From: Histomonas meleagridis 2922-C6/04-290x
Taxonomy: Eukaryota; Protista; Parabasalia
DNA: 56,017 nt
Assembly (NCBI GenBank): GCA_020184695.1
Contig: JAANOX010000264.1
Span: forward strand, 1-56,017
Direction of reading: 5' to 3'
The position numbers were made by a program, and so were the translations under genes. Position 1 is the first letter of the stretch, and each line of letters starts with the position of its first letter. Of this stretch, positions 11,741 to 22,905 are shown one piece after another. The notes under the pieces are model-generated. The model searched no databases and had not been told where the DNA came from. It was given only the letters and a program-made list of their open reading frames with translations.

Positions 11741-12146
11741 TTTCCATTTCTTAAATTATAAGAAAATTATATATCTTATAACATACAAGGATTTGGAAAG
11801 TTGCAATACAGCTTCATTTTTCATTCTCCTTCACTTACCATATTGAAATTTCAGCAAAAAACCTTTTATTTTCATAGTCAACCGTTAAATTTTGTGGCGC
11901 CTAACTGAAAAAAAAAAATGTGAAGCACGATAAAACTTTTTGTAAAATAATTCACTTGAAACCGATCGATTTTACTTCCGACTTTTGATTATCCATTCTA
12001 TCGGAAGTGGAAATAGAACTTTTTCTTAATATCTGTATTCAATAAGTTTATTCAATTTTTTCGTGGTTTGTTGTTCAATTTACGATAAATTTTCATGAAC
12101 AAAGTGCTATGTAAAATAAATTTTCTTCATCACATCACATACTAAA

Positions 12147-12641
12147 ATGTCTGCTCTTAGTGGAAAGAAAGTTCTTATTGCCTTCTATACAAAGACAGGA
12201 ATTACAAAACAAGTTGCTGATATCATCAAAGAAAATGTTGGTGGTGATCAATTCCAAATCCAAACTGTTACACCATACCCTGACAACCACGATGTCCTTA
12301 TTGAACAAGTTAAAAGAGAACAATCAAATGGAGTGTTCCCAGAAATTGTATCCAAAGGTGATATTTCACCATATGATGTTATATTTGTTGGATCTCCATG
12401 CTGGTGGGGAAGGCTTTCATCTCCAGTTGGAGCATTCTTAAAATCTCATGATTTCACTGGAAAAATAATTATTCCATTTATCACACATGGTGGAAGTGGC
12501 CTTGCTTCAACAGTTAGCGACATGAAGAAATACGCTCCTGGTGCAACATTTTTGAACGGTTGTGCATTTGGTGATAAGCGTTGGGTAAGACAATTCCAAA
12601 GGTCTGAAGTTGAAAACTGGCTTCATAAGATGAAGTTATAA
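12147..12641 (+). CDS. Flavodoxin (Flavodoxin_4-like, bacterial type)
   Basis: LIAFYTKTGITKQVA, TVTPYP, YDVIFVGSPCWWG, FTGKIIIPFITHGGSG. Confidence 0.85.
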   Translation: MSALSGKKVLIAFYTKTGITKQVADIIKENVGGDQFQIQTVTPYPDNHDVLIEQVKREQSNGVFPEIVSKGDISPYDVIFVGSPCWWGRLSSPVGAFLKSHDFTGKIIIPFITHGGSGLASTVSDMKKYAPGATFLNGCAFGDKRWVRQFQRSEVENWLHKMKL

Positions 12642-12965
12642 GTTATAAAAGAAAAAATCCGAAACTTTTTTTTAACTTGAGTGATTTTTAGGCTCCAACT
12701 GAATAATTTGAATACTATTTATCGTTTTTTTCTTGAGGTTTATTCAATTGGAATCGATCAAAATCATCACTGATTATTTTCAATTAGTTCATTTAAAAAA
12801 TCGCGGTTTCTTGTTGACACTTTTAGGTTCTGAACTGACCAATGGAAACAACAAAAATATTGTTGTTTAAATTCTCTGTCCCTCAGCTTAATAATAAATT
12901 TTTGCGTGGATTAAAAGGAAGCTTGGCGAAAAAATAGTTGTACAACTCATAAATTATTAGTCTGT

Positions 12966-13313
12966 TTAATCTTGCTTTTGCTGACGAGACTCAGCGCGTT
13001 CGCGTTGTTGCTTTAAGAAAAATGGAACACGAACATGACGAAGGTTTGCATTACGAACACGAACTATACGTCTATGACATGCGCATGAAACACAGTAGAA
13101 ACACTTTTGGTATGTCTTTGGGAATTCATATTCCTTGTATATGGATGCATCCATAACATCCTTAGCAGATGAACTATCAACCATATTCTTGGTCATGAAA
13201 CGTTTAATAGCCTTATCACGTGGAACCATACGACCGCAGTTCATGCAGTTGACAATCTTCTTGCGACCGGCGTTCATCTTTGAACGTCCACAGTTTCTCC
13301 TTTTTTGTGGCAT
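12966..13313 (-). CDS. RPS26: 40S ribosomal protein S26 (eS26)
   Basis: MPQKRRNCGRSK...VNCMNCGRMVPRDKAIKRF...YCVSCACHRRIVRVR. The true ATG is at 13313. Confidence 0.95.
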   Translation of the reverse strand: MPQKRRNCGRSKMNAGRKKIVNCMNCGRMVPRDKAIKRFMTKNMVDSSSAKDVMDASIYKEYEFPKTYQKCFYCVSCACHRRIVRVRNANLRHVRVPFFLKQQRERAESRQQKQD

Positions 13314-13319
13314 TGGAAG

Positions 13320-13349
13320 AAAGGATCGGCCAAGCTGCAAATAACCGTT
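13320..13349 (-). promoter_or_regulatory. Trichomonad core promoter motifs M5 (CCTTT) and M3 (AACGGTTA) upstream of RPS26
   Basis: On the minus strand, CCTTT is at 13320-13324, just upstream of the ATG, and AACGGTTA is at 13342-13349. M5 plus M3 is a known arrangement at T. vaginalis ribosomal protein genes. Confidence 0.55.
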
Positions 13350-13727
13350 TTAACTGTAATCTTTTTTCAGAGGTTTAGTAAAAATTTGTTAATCAACCTT
13401 AAACAAAGGAGTTTTTTGTTTCCGAAATGCCCAACTAAAAATACAATAACGAGATAAGCTGACGAGGTACAATAGTTTTTTACTTTAAACAAAGTTTCAA
13501 AAATTGTCTAAAATTTGCTCATCTACAAAATTTTTTTTAAACAAATAAGTTCATACAAGACCTCCTCATATAATAATAAACGGTCCACCCTTTTGAGGGT
13601 ATAAAATAAAAATATCTTATCCTATAATTATTTATTCCTGTTTCTTCTTATAAGAAAAAAGTTTGCCTATGTATGGAATGAATTTTATTTTACTATGGTA
13701 ATTTAATTTCGTATTTTTCCAAAAAAA

Positions 13728-14277
13728 TTAAGGGTCGCGTCCAGGTACGATCAAAATCAACTTTTTCAATACTTTCGAAAAAACATGTTTTTGTTTTTCA
13801 TATATCTCCATGTATATGATAAATTTTAAAATTTCTTGTTGACCCAGAGAATAATACTACATGAACTTTAAGTTTATTATGTTGTTTCCAAAAAAAGGAA
13901 GAAAAAATAAATTAATACAAAATTAATCAATATAATATATAAATCAAATTATTGTAATTTTTTGATACAAGCATCATATAGTATTATGTTTTATAGTGCT
14001 AGAAATCAAATAAATTAAAACAAAATCAAGAAATCCACAAAACGAATGGAAAAAATTAAGTAAGTCTGTTCAAAATCAAAATATTCCGATGATATTGAGT
14101 GGTTTATAATATTATCAAAAGATTCTTTATATGAGGATATGGGGAAATTTTATCAATTTTTTTAAAGCACTATGTATAATGAGATCGACTCGAAATAAAA
14201 AATTCCAGTGCAATAAACTTCAGAAAATTGAGAGCCCCTTAACGTACAGGAATTATACAATCGGACGCGATCCTTAA
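13728..14277. mobile_element. Putative non-autonomous MITE with a TTAA target-site duplication (Kolobok-like)
   Basis: Left end TTAA-GGGTCGCGTCC (13728-13742) and right end GGACGCGATCC-TTAA (14263-14277) form an 11-bp GC-rich TIR with one mismatch. The 542-bp interior has no coding ORF. Confidence 0.55.
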
Positions 14278-15336
14278 AATATTAACGTTTTCACGAGAAC
14301 GTTTATACTGACATCACCAAGTAAAAAAAATAAAAATTTTTCTTTATAAATTTAATATTTATGAATTTAATTTCCATGTACTAAAATAATAGTCATATGT
14401 GCTTATTTGTTATTAATATCCAATGTTTTACATAAATTTTTGTAAATTTGTTGGTGCAATTATGTCTGCTTTAAAGATGTAGCATATCTTAAAGATATAT
14501 TCCTTCCAGCTTTACTGGAAAACCTCATTTGTGATGCTTGCATCCGCCTCGGATAATAAACAATCAAAAATTAAACCTTCATCATATCGTTGAACTGCTA
14601 AATTTGATGCAAATTTAAAGGTGACAGGAACGGTACAAAATTCGTCTTTGTTCTATTTGAATATTCAAATCGTTGAAATGGAGTATAAGAAAATTCATTA
14701 AAATCAATCATGTGTATTTGCATTTCCAAAATTGGTTTACTAACAAATTTATACACTTTTTCAGAAATTTAATAGTTTATTATATCGTTCGAGTCAAAAA
14801 ATAAAACAAAAAAAAACATATTACACTAAAAATATTCCAGCGAAAAACTAATTATATCTTAACATTTTAAATTGAAAAAATTAACTTTGTGCATTCTATA
14901 TGATATTATATTATGGACTAAATCTACAAGAAAAGGCTATCCGAGGCGGTCCTTTCATACGATATTTTAATATTACCATTAAATTACAAAGCTCTTTAGG
15001 CTGTCATTTATCATTATAGCAAAATGCAAATTAATAAGCTGAAAATTACGATAAAATGGATAAAAATTTTTCATGTCGAGAGAAACTACCTTACCGTGTA
15101 GAATTATTTATGCTATGTTAGTAACATATATCATGTTAATAAAATAAACAAAAATTTCATAAATAATTTATGTACTCGATGCAACTTTACACTATGAAAT
15201 AACAATTCAAATATACAAACACTAGTGGGAATAGAAAGCTCAAAGTTTCAGAAAGTCCATACAATAAGTGATTAGCACTTTTTCGATCGGTTTTAATAGA
15301 ATTTCATTCAAAAAGTGGATATTAAAATGTAAATAA

Positions 15337-16185
15337 ATGCCACACATTGAAATAACCGTTGTCAATATTGTTATGGAACACAATGAGGATGATAACTCAA
15401 AAATTGAAATATTTATTGATGATTTCAAGAACACCCTAATGAAGGCAAAGGGTAGCCATATTATTTTTGTTGCAATCGGCGGTGTTTATCAGATCGGAAA
15501 AACATCAATAATAGAAATGCTTACTGGTGATTCCTCCATCAAAACTAGGCCAAGCGAAGTTATGCGCACCTTTACATTTGGGCCATATTCATACAACTTT
15601 ATACGGAAAAGATTTGAACTTGAAGAAATCGAAGGTGATGACACTGAAGTGTTTTTCATTGATACTGAAGGATGCAATGGCTTTTCATGGCATAAAAAGA
15701 TTGAAATATATCGTCTTATAGTTCCATATGTTACACTTTCAGGTGTTTTTATTGCAGTTTTCCCAGCTCATACAAGCATTGATGTGTCTTCAGAGAAAGT
15801 ATTGCTTGATTTGATCGATTCTTCACATAAAGGAACTAATATTGTCCCTAAGGTAATAATAGCAGTTCAACATGTAAATGATTATGAATACCCAGATGAA
15901 ATGATTTTTAATGAAAAGCAAAATGAACTAACTGAAAGATTTAGCCAAATATTCCCAAAGAAATACCAATTTGCTGAAGTTATTCCTCTTCCGCGAATTA
16001 ATTATGTTGATGACGTTTTGAAGCAATCGGAGACATATAACGAAGGATTCAGAATTTTTGCACAGCATAGCATAAAGCATATCGAGGAATTACGCAAATG
16101 TTTAACATTTAGTAAAGAAGAGGCATTACAAAAGTTCGAACAGTTAATGAAGAATGAACAAATTGATGAATACTTTGGTGACTAA
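15337..16185 (+). CDS. Guanylate-binding-protein/atlastin-like P-loop GTPase domain protein
   Basis: VAIGGVYQIGKTS (P-loop) and VFFIDTEG (G3, DTEG as in GBP/atlastin). Confidence 0.6.
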   Translation: MPHIEITVVNIVMEHNEDDNSKIEIFIDDFKNTLMKAKGSHIIFVAIGGVYQIGKTSIIEMLTGDSSIKTRPSEVMRTFTFGPYSYNFIRKRFELEEIEGDDTEVFFIDTEGCNGFSWHKKIEIYRLIVPYVTLSGVFIAVFPAHTSIDVSSEKVLLDLIDSSHKGTNIVPKVIIAVQHVNDYEYPDEMIFNEKQNELTERFSQIFPKKYQFAEVIPLPRINYVDDVLKQSETYNEGFRIFAQHSIKHIEELRKCLTFSKEEALQKFEQLMKNEQIDEYFGD

Positions 16186-16392
16186 AAAGTTTCATCAAAA
16201 TTTTTCGATAATTTTTTCTCTGTTAAATTAAAAAATGTGATTCAGAAATATGAAAATATTTTTATCGATAAAAATATGTAAAAAATAAAGACAAAAAAAC
16301 ATTATAAATTTTTGTACTTTAAAATGCGTATAGTGAAAGAAAGTTTATTAATAATATATAACATATACTTTTGCATGCAAATAATTATTTCC

Positions 16393-16974
16393 TCATCTTC
16401 GGAATAAATTTTTCATAAACATGAGGAGCAATGAAATCGTTGCATAGATGATAAAGCTGGCCCAAAAAAGACCAAAAGGAGCATTAAGTCCTCTGCCAAC
16501 ATTGAAAAATTGTGTCAGTTGATTGTATAATATATCAGTGCAATTGGTATCTATATCACCGCAATTGTGTTTTTCTTTATAGTCTATGTATATATTGCTA
16601 TCTAACCAATCTGTTGTTATCCTTTCAAAAATAATATTTTCATTTGATTTACGCATTATAACAATAAAATATATTGCTATTATTGTATATAAAACAGTTG
16701 CTGAGAGGCGAATTATTTGTGAAATTCTGGAGAATGTTTTGATCCAGTTTAAAATGAATCCGATTAGCAATATAATTGATACAATAAAAAGACAAATAGT
16801 ACATGCACGTAAATTTATGTCCATCTCCCAAATAGAGTTTTTAACAAGAAAATCAATTTGGTAAATCGAAATGCAAAATGAACAAATTACAGAAACAATT
16901 TCTGATAATGTAAGAAGGGTAAAAACCAATGCAGCTATTCCAATAAATACATTGGTTACATTTGAATCAATCAT
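16393..16974 (-). CDS. Four-TM membrane protein, tetraspanin-like
   Basis: Three N-terminal hydrophobic helices, a loop containing KHNCG...C, and one C-terminal helix. Confidence 0.5.
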   Translation of the reverse strand: MIDSNVTNVFIGIAALVFTLLTLSEIVSVICSFCISIYQIDFLVKNSIWEMDINLRACTICLFIVSIILLIGFILNWIKTFSRISQIIRLSATVLYTIIAIYFIVIMRKSNENIIFERITTDWLDSNIYIDYKEKHNCGDIDTNCTDILYNQLTQFFNVGRGLNAPFGLFWASFIIYATISLLLMFMKNLFRR

Positions 16975-17128
16975 TGTCTTTTAGAATTTTTGCTTTTTTC
17001 CTACCCAAAAAACGATTCATGCATTCAATTTGGGAACCCAACGCAGTATTGAACCCAATCAGGCGGATCATTTTTAATTCAAAAGTAAGCAATTTTTATG
17101 AATTGTCAGTTTTTTGAATTTGGGCTCT

Positions 17129-17860
17129 ATGGAGCGCAAGTCATTTCAACCACAAGAGTTGATAAATCTATATGAACCTTCTGAAGAACCAGAATGGGAA
17201 TGTGATATGTTTGGGTTGGTTGTTTCTGAATCTCAACCACCTCTTGGATATCAAGAATTAATTCTTGAAATCACAAATGAATCAACTAAGCAATCAGAAG
17301 AAAACAAATTTAGCAATTCATCAAATAATTTATATAATGATTTTGAAAGTTTTTCACCAGAAATTGATGATCTTTCTTTTCCTTCTGTTCTTCAAAATGA
17401 TTCAAATAAAGTAGATAGGAGAACTAATAAAAATAGGCAAAATAAAAAAGGAAATAAGCAAAAGCCAAAGTCAAAGTCAAAGCAATCAAAGCCAGTATTT
17501 ACAAGTACTGTTGAAGAATTTGGTGATAAAAGTATATCATTTCAACCATGGACAGCAAAGCCCAAACTTCAGCCAAATTCAATGAAAGAATTACTTGAAA
17601 AAAAGGATGATCAATTTAATGAATCAAAAGTTATTGAAATTAAGCTTTCTCCAAAGAAGAATGAAAACCACAACAATCGTAGACAAAAAAGGTCTTACAA
17701 AGATCCAAATATTGATCCTTCAAAAATAATGTTTTCTAAAACAGAACCATCTACACATGCGCCTTTTGTTGTTTATGAAACCAATAGAAATAAGAGGAAT
17801 CATCAACCTCGATTTGAGGTTTCGAACTTTGTTTTTTCGTCATCACAAAATTCACATTGA
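17129..17860 (+). CDS. Hypothetical hydrophilic low-complexity protein
   Basis: Long ORF from ATG 17129; acidic N-terminal half, K/N/Q-rich C-terminal half. Confidence 0.6.
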   Translation: MERKSFQPQELINLYEPSEEPEWECDMFGLVVSESQPPLGYQELILEITNESTKQSEENKFSNSSNNLYNDFESFSPEIDDLSFPSVLQNDSNKVDRRTNKNRQNKKGNKQKPKSKSKQSKPVFTSTVEEFGDKSISFQPWTAKPKLQPNSMKELLEKKDDQFNESKVIEIKLSPKKNENHNNRRQKRSYKDPNIDPSKIMFSKTEPSTHAPFVVYETNRNKRNHQPRFEVSNFVFSSSQNSH

Positions 17861-18074
17861 AAAAGTCTATCGTCAAAAGTGTCGCTTTAATCACAAGTTA
17901 TTAGTAATTTCCTTCTCTTTGATGTTAATGTTTTTTTACCTCAAAAAACCATAACACATCTCGGGGAGTAAGGTTAATTTATAAATATGAACGTAAGTTT
18001 TTGGCATCATCAGCTAAATTAAAAAAATTAATGACTAAAGAACTCATTAACCCAAATTTATACATTGTGTGTAA

Positions 18075-19931
18075 TCATTTGCTTTTCTTTTTTTCTTTTT
18101 CCATGGAAAGTTTCATCATTTCGATTGTATCTGGCAGTGCCGGATATCCATTTTTTATTAAATTTTGAATTTCATCAATTTCTTGGAAGTTGTAACTTTC
18201 GTTTTGTAGTCTTTCTACTTGTTTTATTAGCTTGTAACAAGCTTCACATTTTTTCACGTTGGTGAGACCGTTTATTTCATTGGGGTACCCCTCCTGAACA
18301 TATATTAAATCTCTTTGTAAACAACCTATAAAAGGTACACATGGCTCAATAGCAGATAACAATGCTGGCCTATAACTTCGAAAGTCATTTTGTAAGTCAC
18401 ATAAATCTACAAGTTCATTATATTGCCTTTTCTTTGTTCTTCCCATTTTCTTCAATGCAATTTTTGTTGTTTCTTTAAGACGTTTTACTGATCTATGAGT
18501 TAACGCACAAATGACTGCAAAAATTCCATGAAAATTGTTGATCATTTTAAATGCTATTGCAGTATCAACCCAAAAGTTGAACATATTTGCTCTAGCTTTA
18601 GCATTATTTCCATTAATTACAGTAAATTGAACGTATCGAGAAAACTTATCGAAATGTTCGGTTAATGAATCGACATTTTCTGATCCGCCTCCTTTCTTCT
18701 TTCCCCATATAGCTGTAAGAAGTTCCATTGGTCCTATTTTCCTAAAAATTTGATTATGTAAAATTGAGATTTGTCTTGCAAGTTCTATTGGATGAACATC
18801 TATGATTTTGTTTGGTTTTTTAGGTTTAAGAATTGCCGGCGGATGTTTCTTCCTTGTGAAAAGCATTCCTGAATTATCACCTTTTAGCATGTTTAAATCT
18901 TTTGTAAGAATTGTCACTTGTAATGCACAAGAAGGATCTTTACCTAAAAACTTTACAAACTCTTCGAAAGCAATCATCATATCATTAGTAAATTGATACT
19001 TCGTAAGTTTTAACCATGCGGAAATAATTCGAATTATAATAATACGGATTTGTTTTAATTGATTTTGATCTTTAATATTACAATTAGTTTCATTTATATC
19101 TGCAAAATAACGTGTAAGAATTCCAGCAAGAACATTCTTTGGCGTAGAAAAAGAAGGAAATGTAATTAGAAACATTTTTTGAAATTCAACATTTGTATAA
19201 TTAGGATCAGTTAGAAATAAGATTAATTGATTAAATGAAGCAGCTTTTGGTGAGTTCGAACTCCCAATATATTCACCTGGATCTTGAAATATCGATGTAT
19301 TAATCTTTCTAAGTTCATCACGTAATTCATCAGGTATATCAAGAATTGTATAAAAAAGAATCACTGGATTTGATGAAGGATTAATAATAGAAAAAGTGAA
19401 TGGATTATCACTATCATTATCTGAATTAGAATTCACGTTTTTAAATGGATTTAAAGATTGAATGAGAGAACTATGTGGCATTGATTGGAAATTACTCTTT
19501 CTATGAATGAGTCTCCTACGATGATTGTGATGATGCTGATGTTGATGTTGATGATGATGATGATGTCTATGCTTTTTCCGATGACTTTCTAAATTATCTT
19601 CAACATAAACACTTGGAAATGGATTAAGGGATGTTGAAACACATGAATTAATTTGTGGAATGGATAATATTGTAAAGAAACTATTACCATTATGCCTATG
19701 TAAAGCGTTTGATGGACTGGGAGGCATTGTAGGTAAATTTGGATTTAAATTGAAATGCACAGTTGGAGTACCTCCAGAATGAGCAGTGAATTGTGATATC
19801 CCAAAGGTTGTACTTGGAGGTATTCCAGGTGTACCTGAAAACTTTGTTTTTGGGATTTTAGGATTAGCTATTATTGGCACAGTGGAAGAAAGGTATTTTG
19901 CTCCACTGTTATGGTAATTCGAGTGATGCAT
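18075..19931 (-). CDS. RasGEF (REM plus CDC25 domain) with a Pro/His-rich N-terminus
   Basis: FLITFPSFSTP (REM), HPIELARQISIL, NNFHGIFAVICAL...VKRLKETT, PCVPFIGCLQRDLIYVQEGYPN. Confidence 0.85.
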   Translation of the reverse strand: MHHSNYHNSGAKYLSSTVPIIANPKIPKTKFSGTPGIPPSTTFGISQFTAHSGGTPTVHFNLNPNLPTMPPSPSNALHRHNGNSFFTILSIPQINSCVSTSLNPFPSVYVEDNLESHRKKHRHHHHHQHQHQHHHNHRRRLIHRKSNFQSMPHSSLIQSLNPFKNVNSNSDNDSDNPFTFSIINPSSNPVILFYTILDIPDELRDELRKINTSIFQDPGEYIGSSNSPKAASFNQLILFLTDPNYTNVEFQKMFLITFPSFSTPKNVLAGILTRYFADINETNCNIKDQNQLKQIRIIIIRIISAWLKLTKYQFTNDMMIAFEEFVKFLGKDPSCALQVTILTKDLNMLKGDNSGMLFTRKKHPPAILKPKKPNKIIDVHPIELARQISILHNQIFRKIGPMELLTAIWGKKKGGGSENVDSLTEHFDKFSRYVQFTVINGNNAKARANMFNFWVDTAIAFKMINNFHGIFAVICALTHRSVKRLKETTKIALKKMGRTKKRQYNELVDLCDLQNDFRSYRPALLSAIEPCVPFIGCLQRDLIYVQEGYPNEINGLTNVKKCEACYKLIKQVERLQNESYNFQEIDEIQNLIKNGYPALPDTIEMMKLSMEKEKKKSK

Positions 19932-20388
19932 TCCTATTGGAAAATGTTAAATGACACTTTTCAAGAGAAATTATGAGAATTTTTAGAAAACCGTGAGATT
20001 TCATTTCTATTACATGTTTATTAACCGAAAGACAAGTGCATTATGTTTGTGAAATAAAATAAATAGACAGGAAATCACAAAATTATTTTCTGAACATTAT
20101 AAAATTGAGTTCTTAAAATATGAACAACATGATAAAAATAAATTATTCTTTAAAATCTCTAAAATATCACAAGCCAAAGAGAAATTCATATTTCTCTAAA
20201 AAGACGAATTTTACATCTACCATATAAGTCATAGAATTTTGAATTAAATATCTTTATGTATCAGTTTTTTGATCTAATAAAAATGTTAGGTGGAGATTTT
20301 ATACATAAAAAGTTCCTTTTTTTCAAATATTTCACAATCAAATAAACTTTAACATTTTCTGTCTATTTATAAAATAAGAATAATATTA

Positions 20389-21876
20389 TCAAAATTGGAA
20401 ATCTTCTTCTGAATCGAATAATGAATCATCATTTTCTCTAATTAATGCTTCGATTTGACTTAACATTTCTTTTGCGTTTTGGTTATTCGGTTCTATTTGT
20501 AAAGCTTTATTTATATACTCTAAAGCAGTCACAAATTCTTTTTTCATTCCATAAATTTCAGCCATTTTCATCCAATAAAAGAAATCTTTAGATCTATTCT
20601 TCCGATAATCGAATAAAATCTTTTCAGCATTTTCGAAATCGTCTTCTCGAATTTTCATGTTCACTAATTCATTTAACGCATCCACATTTTCGATATCTTT
20701 CTCAAGAGCTTTCTTTAAAAATCCTTCAGCCGCTATAGGACTTCTTTTTCTTAATGCTGTTCCCATTAATGCTAATGAAACAGAGCCATTTTCTGATTCA
20801 CTTGGAAACATTATTAATGCTTTCGACGCAAATGCTTCAGCTGTTTTCCAATCTTCTAATAGACAACAGCATCGTACAATCGCAGAAAAACTATCGACTT
20901 CTTCATGGATTTGATGCGCTTTTATGAACGTTACTAATGCTTTTCGATAGTCATTACGTTGCATTCGTAATTCCCCATGTCGCATGTATCCATTTCGAGA
21001 TCGATTATCAAGTAAAATCGCTTTCCGTGATGCTTGAAGTGCTCTTTGTTCATCTCCGTTAAGTTCTAAGAGATACGAAAATGCTATCCACGCATTAGAG
21101 TTATTTTCATTTGCATTTAATGCATTAAGAACTAAATGATTAAGTTCACTAGTTTTACGTAATGTTTTAAGACGCGACGCACGAAGATCAACGATTTCAA
21201 GATCATTTTCGGGTATAAGTTCGGACATATTATCAAATAAATCCATTTGATTACTTTTATATGCATTTATACAAATTTGGTTGAAAATACATGCGCTATT
21301 AAACGCGTGCTTTTTTAGAGTGTCAATCGCGGATTGGTATTGTCCTTTTGACGTGTGTTGAAGAGATTGGATATATGAACGGACAATTCCACGTGGCAAT
21401 TGGGAAATGATGGTATCAATTGAAGAAGTGATGGAAAGAAGTTTCTCATATAGTTCAATGGCTGTGGGATATAACTTTAGAACTTCAAGAAGATGGGGAA
21501 TTGCTGGATGATTTGGTGAAGATGTGGAATCTAAACTGATATAGGCATCTGCAACAAGAATATGTAATTTGGGAGTGAGTTTACGATTGGACAAATGAGA
21601 TAATACTGATGGACACTTTGATATGGTATTTGTTGATTTTAAATAAGACGTAAGTTTTAATTCAAAAATTTGATTAATCTCTTGTTCGCTACAATCGTTC
21701 TGATTTATATTTTCAAGAATATTAATTGCTGATTGATATTGGTTTAATTCAATAAGTGCTTTTGCTTTTTTTAATTCCGTTTTAATAGTTTTATTTGGCG
21801 ATAATGATGTAAGAATATATACTGATTTATAAAGTCCTAATTTCATTAAAGAAGATAGTGTATCTTGGGAATTCAT
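20389..21876 (-). CDS. TPR protein, anaphase-promoting complex subunit 7-like
   Basis: Tandem TPR helices. The segment ASRKAILLDNRSRNGYMRHGELRMQRNDYRKALVTFIKAHQI...SFSAIVRCC resembles APC7/APC3-type TPRs. Confidence 0.55.
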   Translation of the reverse strand: MNSQDTLSSLMKLGLYKSVYILTSLSPNKTIKTELKKAKALIELNQYQSAINILENINQNDCSEQEINQIFELKLTSYLKSTNTISKCPSVLSHLSNRKLTPKLHILVADAYISLDSTSSPNHPAIPHLLEVLKLYPTAIELYEKLLSITSSIDTIISQLPRGIVRSYIQSLQHTSKGQYQSAIDTLKKHAFNSACIFNQICINAYKSNQMDLFDNMSELIPENDLEIVDLRASRLKTLRKTSELNHLVLNALNANENNSNAWIAFSYLLELNGDEQRALQASRKAILLDNRSRNGYMRHGELRMQRNDYRKALVTFIKAHQIHEEVDSFSAIVRCCCLLEDWKTAEAFASKALIMFPSESENGSVSLALMGTALRKRSPIAAEGFLKKALEKDIENVDALNELVNMKIREDDFENAEKILFDYRKNRSKDFFYWMKMAEIYGMKKEFVTALEYINKALQIEPNNQNAKEMLSQIEALIRENDDSLFDSEEDFQF

Positions 21877-21994
21877 TAATAGAAACTTTATTGTAAACGT
21901 AAGTCAAAGAAATTTCATAACTTTTAAAAATCGCCAAATTCAACAAATCCAAAAATCCATTAGTTCTAAAAATAACAACTTTATTTATATGTTC

Positions 21995-22657
21995 CTAGTG
22001 ATCGCTTAGTATTTTCTGTACGTGGTACCAAAATTTATGGTTTTCAGGGAGAATTGCAGACAATGGAATCGAAAGATTTTGAGTATCAATTCTGTGTTCA
22101 TTCCTTGCAAAAGCCATTTTCACAAAGCAACCGCTTATTTCCCATTCATAATGCTTTTTCTTAAATGTATTCATTACATTTAAAGCATCTTCATGTGTAT
22201 CAAACTCAACAAAAGCAAAATCTCTTTTACCAGTGATTCTACGTATGAACCCATACGGAGATAACTCATTGTAAATACTTCTTTCTGATAAGAGATTTGG
22301 ATTAAAGCCAGATAAATGCAATGTTTTTCCAGTTGGAGGCTGTGGTCGCGATCTACTTGACCGCATCTTTTGTCCATTAAAAACATAACCATTAATACTT
22401 TCAATAAATAAATCAACTTTTGCTTGTGACGCAAAACGGACGAACCCATATTTATCACGAATATTTATATCTGTGTAATCACCAAATCCCATTTTTTGAA
22501 ATAATGCTTCATATTCTTCCTTTGTTGCAGTGATTGGTCCAAAAATTGCTGACAAAAAACGACAATGAGTGTCATCATAAGCCAATATTTCACTTTTATC
22601 TTGTGGGCATTCAGATGGCGATTGTTCTGGTTGATCTTGATGATTTTGTTCCGCCAT
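21995..22657 (-). CDS. Two-RRM RNA-binding protein (SR-like)
   Basis: RNP1 motifs KYGFVRF and RDFAFVEF. First ATG at 22657. Confidence 0.8.
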   Translation of the reverse strand: MAEQNHQDQPEQSPSECPQDKSEILAYDDTHCRFLSAIFGPITATKEEYEALFQKMGFGDYTDINIRDKYGFVRFASQAKVDLFIESINGYVFNGQKMRSSRSRPQPPTGKTLHLSGFNPNLLSERSIYNELSPYGFIRRITGKRDFAFVEFDTHEDALNVMNTFKKKHYEWEISGCFVKMAFARNEHRIDTQNLSIPLSAILPENHKFWYHVQKILSDH

Positions 22658-22905
22658 TTTGAAATTGAGTAACTTTGTTTGCACGAATTTCTAAAATATT
22701 AATTTTCCTTAAAATTTATTCAAATAACACAATTCGAAACCTTTGCAACATTTAGGATTGCAATAATAAAACTCATTCATTGAAAATTTAAATAATTTTT
22801 TTTGAATCTATATATATAAAATTAATTGATTTAATCTAGCTTAATATAGAGAATTATTATTATTATTATTATACAAATAATAATCCACTTTATATATAGT
22901 AATAT

